From: Myxococcota bacterium
Lineage (GTDB): Bacteria > Myxococcota_A > UBA9042 > PHBI01 > JAWLBL01
Assembly (NCBI GenBank): GCA_041687695.1
Contig: JAWLBL010000049.1
Span: forward strand, 1-28,243
Length of the DNA: 28,243 bases
Direction: 5' to 3'
Below the pieces are notes generated by a model. The model was not told the origin of the DNA, made no database searches, and worked only from the letters and a program-made list of their open reading frames with translations. Below are positions 14,395-28,243 of the stretch, one piece after another. Every line of letters begins with the position of its first letter. The stretch's first letter is position 1. The position numbers were made by a program, and so were the translations under genes.

Positions 14395-15396
14395 TCATTC
14401 GCGCACCGAGAGCACGGTGAGCGCCTGCTCCTTGTTGTCGGCGACGAAGGCGTGGTCGCCGACGACCCAGACGCCGTGCAGGCCGTCGTCGAGATCGAAC
14501 TTCGCCGAGACGTTCCGCACCAGGATCGGCCGCGTCGGGTCCGAGACGTCCACGATGTCCAGGCCATTGTCGGACGCGACGTAAGCCCGGTCGCCGCTGG
14601 CCCAGACGTCGTAGTGGGCGTAGTTGCCGCTCTGGAACACGCCCAGCCACTGCGGCGCCTTGGGATCCGAGACGTCGAAGACGAGCACGCCGGCGCCCCA
14701 GTTGGCGTAGTACAGCCGGTCGCCGTCGACGAAGAGGCCCAGCCCCCAGGCCCCGTCGGTGGCGGTGTATGGCACCTCGATCACGACCTTCATGTCGGCG
14801 GGTGCGCTGGCGTCGACGACGAGCAGTTGCCCGTCGGCGCGCCCGTAGTAGACCACGTCGCCTTTGGCGGCCAACGCCGTCCCCCCACTGCCTGGGCCGG
14901 TGAGGCCCTCGAACGCCCCCAGCTGGGCGACATTCGCGGGGTCGGACACGTCCAGCACGGCGAGCTTTCCGTCCGATCCGCTGCCGCCCGAGACGTAGAC
15001 GCGCGTCCCGGCCGGCGCGACCTGCACGACGCGCCAGCCCGGAACCCAGGAACCCAGGATCTGCGGGTTTGACGGTTCGGAGACGTCGTAGATGAGCAGC
15101 CCACCAGCGAGGTCCGCCACGTACAGCCGCTGACCCTCCACGGCCGGCTCCCAGGCCTCGGTCGTGGAGAGCGCCCCTACGCGCTTCGGCTGCGTCGGGT
15201 CGGAGACGTCGACGATCTCGACGCCGTAATGCTTGGCCGCGACGTATGCGAACCCCTGATGGACGACCAGGTCCTCGGCGTAGAGGACCTCGACGTGACT
15301 GACGAGCCGTGTCGGTTTGGGGTCGTCGGCAGACGTCGGGAGGCAGGCGACCAGGGCCAAGACGGCGTAGGCGAAGATCGCGACGAGAGTCTTCAT
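14395..15396 (-). CDS. Exported LVIVD-repeat beta-propeller protein, ~333 aa
   Basis: Repeated G(V/L)xI(V/Y)DVSDPxxP motifs preceded by AYVA/LYVA; signal peptide with possible lipobox LVA-C; AGGAG SD. Confidence 0.9.
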   Translation of the reverse strand: MKTLVAIFAYAVLALVACLPTSADDPKPTRLVSHVEVLYAEDLVVHQGFAYVAAKHYGVEIVDVSDPTQPKRVGALSTTEAWEPAVEGQRLYVADLAGGLLIYDVSEPSNPQILGSWVPGWRVVQVAPAGTRVYVSGGSGSDGKLAVLDVSDPANVAQLGAFEGLTGPGSGGTALAAKGDVVYYGRADGQLLVVDASAPADMKVVIEVPYTATDGAWGLGLFVDGDRLYYANWGAGVLVFDVSDPKAPQWLGVFQSGNYAHYDVWASGDRAYVASDNGLDIVDVSDPTRPILVRNVSAKFDLDDGLHGVWVVGDHAFVADNKEQALTVLSVRE

Positions 15397-15710
15397 GGAG
15401 CGCTCCTGACTCGGTTCGGACGGATCCCGACCGTTGAACCCCAGCCGTCGCTCGGTTGTCAACCCGAGCCGGGACGCCCGGCAGAGTCATCGGGCACCAG
15501 GTTGGGGCGCGTCGGATTGTCACGGCTTGCTCGGGATCCCAGGCCCGCGCAGCCAGCTACGCGGGGTGGCATGGGACTGTAGCCTCGCGGGCGCAGCGAG
15601 CTGCGCCATGCCGGAGCACGAGCGAGCTCGTGCAGTCCGGTGGCTCGGGCTAGAACGCGATCACCCTGGGACGCCCGGCCCGGGCGGGTCATGCGGCTTT
15701 GCATGGGATT

Positions 15711-15752
15711 CGAAACGCCGAAGGCCACGGAGCCGGAGCCCCGTGGCCTTCG
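15711..15752 (-). terminator. Intrinsic terminator of the activase/dehydratase operon
   Basis: Minus strand CGAAGGCCACGGGGC-UCCG-GCUCCGUGGCCUUCG then GCGUUU, ~23 bp after the stop. Confidence 0.7.
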
Positions 15753-15775
15753 AGTCGGTGCGCTGCAGGAGCCCG

Positions 15776-17467
15776 TCAGGCCGTGGCGGCGTAGGCGGGC
15801 GCCGGCTTGTTGCGGTCGGCCCAGGCGTTCTTCAGCGCGCGCAGCGGGTGCTTGAGGCGCCCGACCAGCTCGATGGTGTCGGCGGCCGTCGAGGCGTGGT
15901 GGTGCGGCGCCTTGAACAGCGGATGGTTGAGCAGCGGGACCTTGTCCAGGAAGGTCTTCACCTCGTCCATGGTCATGCCGTAGCGGTCGAGCGCCTCGTC
16001 GGCCTCGCGCTGGGCGGCCTGGCGCGCCTTGAACAGCATCATCTGGACGCGCGAGTAGACGTTGACCGCGCCGTCGCCGGTCGTCTCGATGGGCAGGAAG
16101 ATGGCCTGCGGGTACAGCTCGGTGATGGTCGACTGCACGCCGTCCGACACGCCCGACGAGGGCATGCAGCCGAAGGGCTTGATGCTCAGCGTCATGTTCA
16201 CCTTGGAGTGCACGACGTTCAGGATGAGCTTGCCGACCTCCATGTGGCCTTCGCCGCCGCGCAGATCGTTGTTGTAGAAGTCCTTGGCCACCTTGGCGAC
16301 GTCGAACATGTTCGACAGGTGGTAGCCGTGCAGGCCCATCAGGTTCGCGAAGGAGTGGAAGATGCCGCGCACGGCCAGCTCGGCGCCACGCAGCTGCCAG
16401 ATGCGCTTGGCCGGGTCCTTGCCGTCCAGGCCCTTGCGCGCCTTGTCGTCCTTGCGCAGCGTCATGCGGTGCTGGGTGTCGCGGATGTTCTCCCACACCA
16501 TGAACAGCACCCAGTTGGTGACCAGCTGGACGTCGACCTCGGCGCCCTCCTCCTGCAGGAAGGCCGGCATCTTGTAGTTGCCGTCGCCCTCGGTGGTCAT
16601 CGCCCAGAACTCGCCGATGATGCCGACCTTGGGTTTGACCCGCGTCCGGTCCAGCTTCACCTTCGAGAACTCGCCGCGCACCCGCCACAGCGCGCGCAGG
16701 AAGTTGTCCTCGCCGCGGAAGGACGCGTGCAGGATCTTCTTGGCGTTCTCGACGGCCGCGTCGGTCGCGCCGGGCTCGACCTCGTAGGGGCGCAGCCGGT
16801 AGCCGATGGCGTTGATGACGTCGGCGGTCAGCAGCGCCTTGACGATGGCGGTGAAGAACTCGCGGTCGAACTTCAGGCCCAGCTCCTCGCCGGTGGCCTG
16901 CTTCAGCCCGCCCTGCTGCTGGAAGAGCATCACGCGGAAGCCATCGAAGCCCGCGTCTCGCAGCGCCTTGCGGTACTCGGTGACGTAGGTCCCGAACCGG
17001 CACGGCCCGCACGCGCCGGCCGTCATGAACAGGTAGTTCTCGATGATCTCTTCCTTCGAGACGCCCTGCTTCTCGAGCTCGACCAGGAACTTCACCAGGT
17101 TGCCGACGGTGAAGTAGGTCGGGTTGCACTGCCCGCGGTTGCCGAACTCCTTGCCGTAGCGCAGGGCGTCGGTGTCGGGCACGTCCAGGCGCCGCATGCG
17201 ATAGCCGGCGCCCTGCAGCGCTGCCTCGACCAGGTAGTCGTGCGCCATCGTCAGGCCGCCCACCAGGATGGTCGTGTGGGCGCGCTGCGAGGCGACGAAC
17301 TTGCGGTTGACGTACTCGGTGTACTGCTGCTTGGGCCCGCTATCGAGCCCCAGGCGGCGGCGCTCCTCGGCCTCGAACTCGGCCAGGGCGGCCTCGATGC
17401 TCTCGTCGGACAGGGTCTCACCCTTGCCGAGCTTCATGTGGTCCAGCGAAACGTGGCTGACGGTCAT
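15776..17467 (-). CDS. 2-hydroxyacyl-CoA dehydratase-related subunit (homologous to the C-terminal part of large fused activase proteins), 563 aa
   Basis: GKEFGNRGQCNPTYFTVG, AGACGPCRFGTY, KVGIIGEF, GGEGHMEVG, IKPFGCMPS, IETTGDG..NVYSRVQM. Confidence 0.85.
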   Translation of the reverse strand: MTVSHVSLDHMKLGKGETLSDESIEAALAEFEAEERRRLGLDSGPKQQYTEYVNRKFVASQRAHTTILVGGLTMAHDYLVEAALQGAGYRMRRLDVPDTDALRYGKEFGNRGQCNPTYFTVGNLVKFLVELEKQGVSKEEIIENYLFMTAGACGPCRFGTYVTEYRKALRDAGFDGFRVMLFQQQGGLKQATGEELGLKFDREFFTAIVKALLTADVINAIGYRLRPYEVEPGATDAAVENAKKILHASFRGEDNFLRALWRVRGEFSKVKLDRTRVKPKVGIIGEFWAMTTEGDGNYKMPAFLQEEGAEVDVQLVTNWVLFMVWENIRDTQHRMTLRKDDKARKGLDGKDPAKRIWQLRGAELAVRGIFHSFANLMGLHGYHLSNMFDVAKVAKDFYNNDLRGGEGHMEVGKLILNVVHSKVNMTLSIKPFGCMPSSGVSDGVQSTITELYPQAIFLPIETTGDGAVNVYSRVQMMLFKARQAAQREADEALDRYGMTMDEVKTFLDKVPLLNHPLFKAPHHHASTAADTIELVGRLKHPLRALKNAWADRNKPAPAYAATA

Positions 17468-17501
17468 GGCAGGTCTCCTGAGGCGGAAAAAATGGCGTGG
17501 G

Positions 17502-21155
<3,654 letters not shown>

Positions 21156-21209
21156 GAGCACCCCTTCGAGCGGGCCGCGCGCACCCCGGTGCGCGTCGGT
21201 GAGAAGCAT

Positions 21210-21229
21210 TAGACTGTGCGTTCAGTCTA
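21210..21229. promoter_or_regulatory. Palindromic operator upstream of the activase operon
   Basis: TAGACTG-TGCGTT-CAGTCTA has perfect 7-bp arms, lies ~55 bp upstream of the start, and is downstream of a minus-strand TTGACG (21260-21255). Confidence 0.65.
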
Positions 21230-21575
21230 TCGGGGTACACCGCGCCGAAGGCCGCGTCAACCAAGCGCGCGCGCCAACTTGCAAGCCCGCGGGACCTTGG
21301 GCCAAATCGCCCTGACACCGCATGACACCTCTCCGACCCCCGAGGCACGACGTGACACGACTCGCCAGCCTGACGGTCCTACTGCTCGGTCTGCTCGGCT
21401 GCGGCCGGGCCTCGACGCCCGCCGCCACCCGGCTTCGAAGTCGTCGAGGCGGTCTGCGGCCTCCGAGTCGATGATGGCGAGCCCGCCCTCGGCGTCCTCA
21501 CCCTCGAACCGCCGCACCGCCCGAACGGTGGCCGACTCAGCCCGCCGGCGGCTGGAGAAGCGCCCCCGACATGGC

Positions 21576-22442
21576 TCACTCCCAGCTGGTGATGCCGAAC
21601 ATCGACATGAACGGCTGCGAGACCGGGTCGTTGGTGACCAGTCGCAGCTCGGCGGAGCGTGGCTCGCCGTCCGTGGGCGCGAACCTCACGTGAAACGCGC
21701 GCGAGCCTCCCGGCGCAACGACGACGGGCTGATTGAACGCGATCCCGGCCGCGGTCTCGTCGTTCGCCGCGTAGGTCCCGGCTGGCGCGGCCAGGCGAAA
21801 CTCCGGGTCGCCCTCGAGTTCGAAGCCGTACCAGAGCAGGTCCTCGAGTCCCTCGTTGCGCAGCAGGACCACGATGGTCCCGATGCCGCCGACCTCGACG
21901 GGCGGAAAGTCGAGGACCACGGGACTGGCGACCGCGACCGGCTTCCAGTCGACCGCCTCGAAGGTCAGGGCCACGAGGGGATTCGGCCTCGGGACCGGCG
22001 GGGACGAGTTGGAGACGATCACGAGGTCCACCCTCATGACCTCATGGTCGTCGGGGGTGACCCTGAGCTGAAGCTCGAGCTGCGTCGGTCCGCGTTCGTC
22101 CCAGGAGCCGCCGACCTCGAATGGGAACGTCGGCTCTTCCCCCGAGGTCATCACCACGCGAGCGTCGCCGCCGTACGGCACGACGACGATGTCCTCGATC
22201 CGAAGCGGCTCGTCGCCGTGGTTGCGGATGGTCAACGTCGCAGCGAGCTCGTCGGCCGCTCCGGTGAGGATCATGGGGAGCCGGGCCCCATCGAACACGG
22301 TCAAGCCCTCGTGGAGCAGCTCAATTTGCGGTCGCAAGGGGGGATCACAGATCGAGTCCACCCCGCATCCGGTCGCCTCGTCGGCGCAGCCGATGGGCCA
22401 CGCCAGCGTGGCGAGGGCGGCGAGGATCATCGACGTTCGCAT
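21576..22442 (-). CDS. Lipoprotein with tandem Ig-like (ASH / choice-of-anchor D-like) domains, ~288 aa
   Basis: Signal peptide ending WPIG-C; TLTIRNHGDEPLRI, VLLRNEGLEDL, VAPGGSRAFHVRFAP, LRLVTNDP; GAGGTGG SD before ATG 22442. Confidence 0.8.
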   Translation of the reverse strand: MRTSMILAALATLAWPIGCADEATGCGVDSICDPPLRPQIELLHEGLTVFDGARLPMILTGAADELAATLTIRNHGDEPLRIEDIVVVPYGGDARVVMTSGEEPTFPFEVGGSWDERGPTQLELQLRVTPDDHEVMRVDLVIVSNSSPPVPRPNPLVALTFEAVDWKPVAVASPVVLDFPPVEVGGIGTIVVLLRNEGLEDLLWYGFELEGDPEFRLAAPAGTYAANDETAAGIAFNQPVVVAPGGSRAFHVRFAPTDGEPRSAELRLVTNDPVSQPFMSMFGITSWE

Positions 22443-22519
22443 CGGCCACCTCGGCGGGTCGGAGCACGTGGCGAAGCCGAGCGCCGCGCGTGTCGCGGGG
22501 AAGTGGCCTCGGAGGTCCA

Positions 22520-23407
22520 TCAAGGCGAAGTCGCGACGCCCTCGCCCTGCAGCGCGACCTCGGCCTCGCTGTGCGGCGCGTCGGTGATGAAGCGCAGGGT
22601 GCCCTCAGCGGCTCCCGCGGCTTCGGGGGCGAACCACACGGGGATCGGACGGCTGGTCCCCGGCGCGATCAGGAGGGGCTTGTCGAGCCCATAGGTCGAG
22701 GGGCCGGGCGGCGTCCCCCACCACTCACTGCCCTCGAGGAAGGTCCCGAAGCCGGCGTCGCCCTCGAGCTCGAGCGCCATGAGCCGCAGGTCGTCGTCGC
22801 CCGTGTTCAACACGTGGACCGTGCGGGTCGCCCGGTCGCCGAGGGTGACCGCGCCGTAGACGTGCCCGCTGGGCGCCACAGCCGCGTTGGGTGTGAGGTT
22901 CGTGGCCACGACTTCGAAGCGAAGGTCTCCGGCCGCCGTTCCGTTCTCGGTCTTCGCGTTGGAGGCGATCTCGACGCTCACGACCACCGGCTCGTCGCCG
23001 ACACGATCGACCCACAGCTCGGCGACCAGCGTCTTCGGGGCCTCGGAGGTGTGCTCGGCCTCCAGCGTGCGCGGGAGCGCGACCCCTTCGTGCTGCGGAA
23101 AGGCCAGCCGCGCCGTTCCTCCGGTGGTTGCGACCGTCATGGTGTCGACGCGCAGCGGAGCGTCGCCCGTGTTCGACAGGACGAAGGTGGTCGCGAGCTG
23201 CTCGCCGTCGCCATCGAGGTTCACCGTGAGCGTGCTGAGGGGGCCCAGCGTCTTGCCCCCCGCGCTCACGGTGAGCGTGGGAACCTGGCAAACGCAGAAC
23301 CCGTCACCCGCGACCCACTCACCGCAACAGTAGGTCGTCGGCTCCTCGGCGCACGCGGCCGGCATGGTCAGCGCGGCGAGGACGGGCCAAAGGATCGAGC
23401 TTCGCAT
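22520..23407 (-). CDS. Paralogous lipoprotein with tandem Ig-like (ASH / choice-of-anchor D-like) domains, 295 aa
   Basis: Signal peptide ending PAA-C; FVLSNTGDAPLRV, VLNTGDDDLRL, IAPGTSRPIPVWFAP, VALQGEG. Confidence 0.82.
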   Translation of the reverse strand: MRSSILWPVLAALTMPAACAEEPTTYCCGEWVAGDGFCVCQVPTLTVSAGGKTLGPLSTLTVNLDGDGEQLATTFVLSNTGDAPLRVDTMTVATTGGTARLAFPQHEGVALPRTLEAEHTSEAPKTLVAELWVDRVGDEPVVVSVEIASNAKTENGTAAGDLRFEVVATNLTPNAAVAPSGHVYGAVTLGDRATRTVHVLNTGDDDLRLMALELEGDAGFGTFLEGSEWWGTPPGPSTYGLDKPLLIAPGTSRPIPVWFAPEAAGAAEGTLRFITDAPHSEAEVALQGEGVATSP

Positions 23408-23469
23408 GGGGCGCTCCGCGGCCTGGAGGTCGGGCGAGCTTCCAAGCTAGCGCGCAGGCCCGGGGCTGT

Positions 23470-23937
23470 CTACGGGTTCGGCCCAGGGGGCGTGGGCGTG
23501 CCGGGGGCGGTGGGGCGGCCGTCGACCCACTGGGCGTCGGTGTACCAGCGGACGTTGGCGATGCGAGGGTTCGCGGACAGGGCGTCGTGGACGTCCTCGG
23601 CGACGGCCTGGGTGCCGATCGGGTCGGGGCGGCGGGCCCAGGGGAAGAAGCCGCGGCGGCGCTCGACCGACAGGGACCAGCGGCCGGCCTCGGGGTCGTC
23701 GAGCTGGAAGACCACGTCGAAGCGGCGGCCGTTGAGGTGGACGTCGAAGGCGTGGCCGGTGACGGTGGCCCATCGGTTTTCGATGGAGCGGCCGGACGCG
23801 GCGAGGCGGTCGCGCAGGGCCTCATCCAGGGCGAGGCCCTGGGGGACGAGGCCGGTGTGGCCGGGGGCCGGCTCGAGGTCGAGGTCGGCGTCGGGGTCGG
23901 CGTAGTCGAGCGAGTCGAAGGTGGCGTAAAGGGTCAT
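23470..23937 (-). CDS. Hypothetical protein, ~155 aa
   Basis: AGGAG SD before ATG 23937; plausible globular composition; fills the gap between co-oriented genes. Confidence 0.7.
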   Translation of the reverse strand: MTLYATFDSLDYADPDADLDLEPAPGHTGLVPQGLALDEALRDRLAASGRSIENRWATVTGHAFDVHLNGRRFDVVFQLDDPEAGRWSLSVERRRGFFPWARRPDPIGTQAVAEDVHDALSANPRIANVRWYTDAQWVDGRPTAPGTPTPPGPNP

Positions 23938-24013
23938 GGCGGGGCTCCTGCGGTGAGGCGAGGAGAGCACCAGCGGCGCCCGAGAGGCCAGCCCCGGGCC
24001 GCCACCGAGCCGA

Positions 24014-24673
24014 TCAGACCAGCAGGCCGCGCAGGAAGAAGTCCATGATGTGCCGGGCCAGCTCGGCGCGCGGCAGGGGCTCGTGGCCTTCGCCCAGGAG
24101 CTCCTTGCGGATGGCCTCCTTGAAGGCGCCCAGGACGAACACGGCGCGCAGGTGCAGCGGCCCGGGGCGCACGATGCCCAGGTCGACGCCGGTCTTCAGC
24201 GAGCGCGTCATCATGTCGAGCACGCGGTCGTCGAACTCGGCCAGCTTGTCGTCCAGCTCGCGGTCGAGGCCGGCCGCCTCGTGCAGGAAGATGCGGGTGA
24301 GGTCGGCGTTGCCGTAGACCAGGGTCAGGATGCGGTCGATGTTGGCCATCAGCTGCACGGTCGGCGGCGTCGGCGAGGCGACGTCGATGCGGACCAGCGC
24401 GGCGCCGAGGGCGTCGAGGAAGTCGCCGACCAGGGCCTCGAAGACGCCCTGCTTGCCCGAGAAGTGCTGATAGAAGGTGCCGCGGGCGACGCCGGCCTCT
24501 TCGAGGAGATCCTGCAGCGAGGTCTCCTGGTACCCGCGGCGGGCGAACACCCGCCGCGCGGCGTCCAGCAGCTGCTGGCGGCGGGCCTGGCGCAGCTCGC
24601 GCGCGCGGCGGACGCGGCCGTCGACCTCGTCGCCCCCCTCGCCCGGGCCGTCGCTGTGTGGTTCGTGGTTCAC
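24014..24673 (-). CDS. TetR/AcrR family transcriptional regulator, ~219 aa
   Basis: RRQQLLDAARRVFARRGYQETSLQDLLEEAGVARGTFYQHFSGK HTH; the start (GTG 24673) is uncertain. Confidence 0.92.
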   Translation of the reverse strand: MNHEPHSDGPGEGGDEVDGRVRRARELRQARRQQLLDAARRVFARRGYQETSLQDLLEEAGVARGTFYQHFSGKQGVFEALVGDFLDALGAALVRIDVASPTPPTVQLMANIDRILTLVYGNADLTRIFLHEAAGLDRELDDKLAEFDDRVLDMMTRSLKTGVDLGIVRPGPLHLRAVFVLGAFKEAIRKELLGEGHEPLPRAELARHIMDFFLRGLLV

Positions 24674-24717
24674 GATCAACAACTTACGCGGCCGCTGGGG
24701 CCCGGGCAACCCGCGCG

Positions 24718-25638
24718 TCACGCGGACTGCGCCAGGGCGACCCGGGCGGCGCGTTCGAGCGCTGCGTCGCCGGTCGCCAGCGCGTAGTGCAGCAGCAGGA
24801 TCCCGTAGTGCAAGCCGCGAAAGCGCGCGCGCGCCCAGGTGGCGTCGTCGATGGGGCCGTAGGCGTCGCGAAAGGCCCCATGGGCCGAGGGCGGCAGGAA
24901 GCTCCAGGCGATGGACAGGTCCAGCGCCGGATCGCCCAGGTGCAGGTCTCCCCAGTCGATGACGCCGCTGAGGTCGCCGCCCGGCGCGATCAACAGGTGA
25001 CGCAGGTAGAAGTCTCCATGGACCCACACCGCGTCAGCCGTCCAGGGCGACGTCGTCGCCAGCGCTTCGACGGCGGCCCGCACCCGCGCCGCGAGGGCCG
25101 CGTCGAGCGCGGCGCCGATCTCATCGAGCCGCTCGAGCAGCAAGGGCGCGCGGCGCACCAGATCCGTGCGGCCGATGACGTCTCCGGGGGCGCTCGCGCG
25201 GTCGGAGGCGTCGACCGCGATCCCGTGCAGCGCGCGCAGGAAGGCCCCGAGCGGCGCAGCCAGCGCGGCGCGGCCGGCTCCGTCGAGCCCGGCCCGACAG
25301 GCGGTCGTGCCGGTCAGCAGCGCGTAGCCCGCGAACGGGTACGGGTGCAGCTCGGGCACCTCGCCGTACCAGCGCGGGACGGGCACGGGCGCGGGCAGGT
25401 GCGGGGCCAGCCGGGGCAGCCACTCGGCCTCGCTCTTCAGGAACTGCGCCGCGAAGGCCCGCTGCGCGAACCGGAACACGCGCGCGTCGTCGAACAGATA
25501 CGCGACGTTGTCCCAGCCGACGCCCAGCAGCTCCACGCGCTGGGGCGCCACCTCGGGGAAGCGCGTCGCGACCAACTGGCGCGCGAGGGCCTCGGACACG
25601 GGCGCGTCCGGCGTCCAGGTGGGCGGGGCGGCGCTCAA
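24718..25638 (-). CDS. Aminoglycoside phosphotransferase (APH)-like kinase, ~306 aa
   Basis: LGVGWDN, EAEWLPRL, VWVHGDFYLRHLL, GVIDWGDLHLGDPALDL; TTG start overlaps the upstream TGA. Confidence 0.9.
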   Translation of the reverse strand: MSAAPPTWTPDAPVSEALARQLVATRFPEVAPQRVELLGVGWDNVAYLFDDARVFRFAQRAFAAQFLKSEAEWLPRLAPHLPAPVPVPRWYGEVPELHPYPFAGYALLTGTTACRAGLDGAGRAALAAPLGAFLRALHGIAVDASDRASAPGDVIGRTDLVRRAPLLLERLDEIGAALDAALAARVRAAVEALATTSPWTADAVWVHGDFYLRHLLIAPGGDLSGVIDWGDLHLGDPALDLSIAWSFLPPSAHGAFRDAYGPIDDATWARARFRGLHYGILLLHYALATGDAALERAARVALAQSA

Positions 25639-26129
25639 AGGGCCTCGAAGACCAGCCGTCCCTCGGTCCGCGTGAACGTCACCGTCTCTTCCTGGCCGTT
25701 GCCGAACTTCAGCAGGACGCGCCACGAGTCGGCGCTGGTGTCCTGGCGGTGGGTGACCGTGAAGCCGCTGCGGACGTTGACGACCCACTGCTGGCCGCGA
25801 CGCCAGAAGGTTGGCGGGTCGGCCTGGTGTAGGCGATGGAGGTCCGCGGCCAGCTCGGGCGCCGCCGTCGCCTGCAGGGCCGCCAGATCCCGCCGCTCGA
25901 GCGCCGCGGCCACCCGCTCGACCAGCCCCTCTTCCGTCAGATCCGGCGTGGTCGCGGGCGCCAGCGCCGGGGCCGTGGGCAGCGCGATGGCGGGCAGCCC
26001 GCCGACCGACCCGCCGGCCGCCTCGTCGCTCGACCCGCCGAGCCCCTCGGCAGGCGCCTCGTCCTTCCCGCACGCCGAGGCGAGCAGCAGGGCCGAGAGC
26101 AGGAGCGCGCACGTTCGGCGGAGGGCCAT
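25635..26129 (-). CDS. Hypothetical lipoprotein, 164 aa
   Basis: Lipobox LASA-C after a hydrophobic core; coupled to the downstream kinase through a TTGA overlap. Confidence 0.8.
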   Translation of the reverse strand: MALRRTCALLLSALLLASACGKDEAPAEGLGGSSDEAAGGSVGGLPAIALPTAPALAPATTPDLTEEGLVERVAAALERRDLAALQATAAPELAADLHRLHQADPPTFWRRGQQWVVNVRSGFTVTHRQDTSADSWRVLLKFGNGQEETVTFTRTEGRLVFEAL

Positions 26130-26164
26130 CGTTCCGTCGAGGTCAGGGTGGCGTGGCGGAGGGG

Positions 26165-26241
26165 TGGTCGGGGTGGCAGGATTCGAACCTGCGACATCCA
26201 GCTCCCAAAGCTGGCGCGCTACCAGACTGCGCTACACCCCG
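26165..26241 (-). tRNA. tRNA-Pro (anticodon UGG)
   Basis: CGGGGTGTAGCGCAGTCTGGTAGCGCGCCAGCTT-TGG-GAGCTGGATGTCGCAGGTTCGAATCCTGCCACCCCGACCA: full cloverleaf, GTTCGAAT T-loop, encoded CCA, 77 nt. Confidence 0.98.
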
Positions 26242-26270
26242 ATCCCGGAAGGCGTCATCCGCCGCGGAAT

Positions 26271-27917
<1,647 letters not shown>

Positions 27918-27960
27918 TGGGTCGGATCCTGGCTCGGCTTGGGGCTCAAAGGGCGCGCGG

Positions 27961-27988
27961 AGTCTAGCAACAAGTAGGCGCGGGCCAA
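27961..27988 (-). promoter_or_regulatory. Candidate sigma-70-type promoter of the mutase gene
   Basis: TTGGCC-N16-TAGACT with a TGn extension before the -10. Confidence 0.4.
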
Positions 27989-28036
27989 AGGGTGGAGTGG
28001 TGAGGGGTGGGGGTGGGAGCGATGGCGGGAGACGGT

Positions 28037-28087
28037 GGGATGGGGGATGGGGGATGCGGGATGGGGGATGGGGGATGGGGGTGGATG
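28037..28087. repeat. 7-bp G-rich tandem repeat (GGGATGG)n, ~6-7 imperfect copies
   Basis: GGGATGGGGGATGGGGGATGCGGGATGGGGGATGGGGGATGGGGG is directly visible. Confidence 0.85.
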
Positions 28088-28165
28088 AGGCGGGGGATGG
28101 AGAGCTGGCCAGGTGACGACTGGAGCAATTGAACAACCGTGCAGTTAGTCGTCCCGGGACGACGA

Positions 28166-28243
28166 GGGCGCGGGGGGCGCGGGGGGCGCGGGGGGCGCGG
28201 GGGGCGCGGGGGGCGCGGGGGGCGCGGGGGGCGCGGGGGGCGC
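28166..28243. repeat. 9-bp microsatellite (GGGGGGCGC)n, at least 8 copies, running off the window end
   Basis: Perfect period-9 repeat up to the last base. Confidence 0.95.

Noticed and set aside
15567..15583. Second sigma-54 promoter (TGGCATGGGACTGTAGC)
   Set aside because: The -12 GC is not at the required GG-N10-GC spacing and no plus-strand gene follows.
24718..25638. Bona fide aminoglycoside resistance gene
   Set aside because: Only generic APH-fold motifs are present, with no mobile context; the substrate cannot be inferred.
26165..26241. tRNA-targeted integrative element
   Set aside because: No integrase and no duplicated tRNA 3' end seen in the window.
27918..28136. N-terminal extension of the mutase ORF
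   Set aside because: It is a Pro-rich translation of the G-rich repeats; the promoter candidate and typical length favour ATG 27917.

Overview
High-GC bacterial window, probably Myxococcota-like (an AgmX/PglI C-terminal domain and many lipoproteins; this is inference). It holds about 19 CDSs, one tRNA-Pro(UGG) and no CRISPR array. Left to right: a probable IS right end; a consensus sigma-54 promoter driving a ~140-nt structured, apparently non-coding RNA; a membrane metallophosphoesterase; a secreted protein with five Cys/His repeats; a NYN-LOTUS RNase; a stand-alone SEX4/LSF2-like phosphatase; a two-gene operon ending in an 821-aa lipoprotein that appears to fuse two ExbD (AglS/AglQ)-like modules to an AgmX/TonB-C domain; rdgB; tldD-pmbA plus a His-rich TPR lipoprotein; a 42-bp palindromic tandem array; an LVIVD propeller; a 2-hydroxyacyl-CoA dehydratase/activase pair with a palindromic operator; two Ig-like lipoproteins; TetR; an APH-like kinase; tRNA-Pro; an isobutyryl-CoA mutase-type large subunit; and G-rich microsatellites at the window end. 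The best novelty candidates are the sigma-54 sRNA, the motor-module fusion lipoprotein, the Cys/His repeat protein and the glucan-phosphatase-like DSP. All family calls come from motif recognition by eye; no searches were run.
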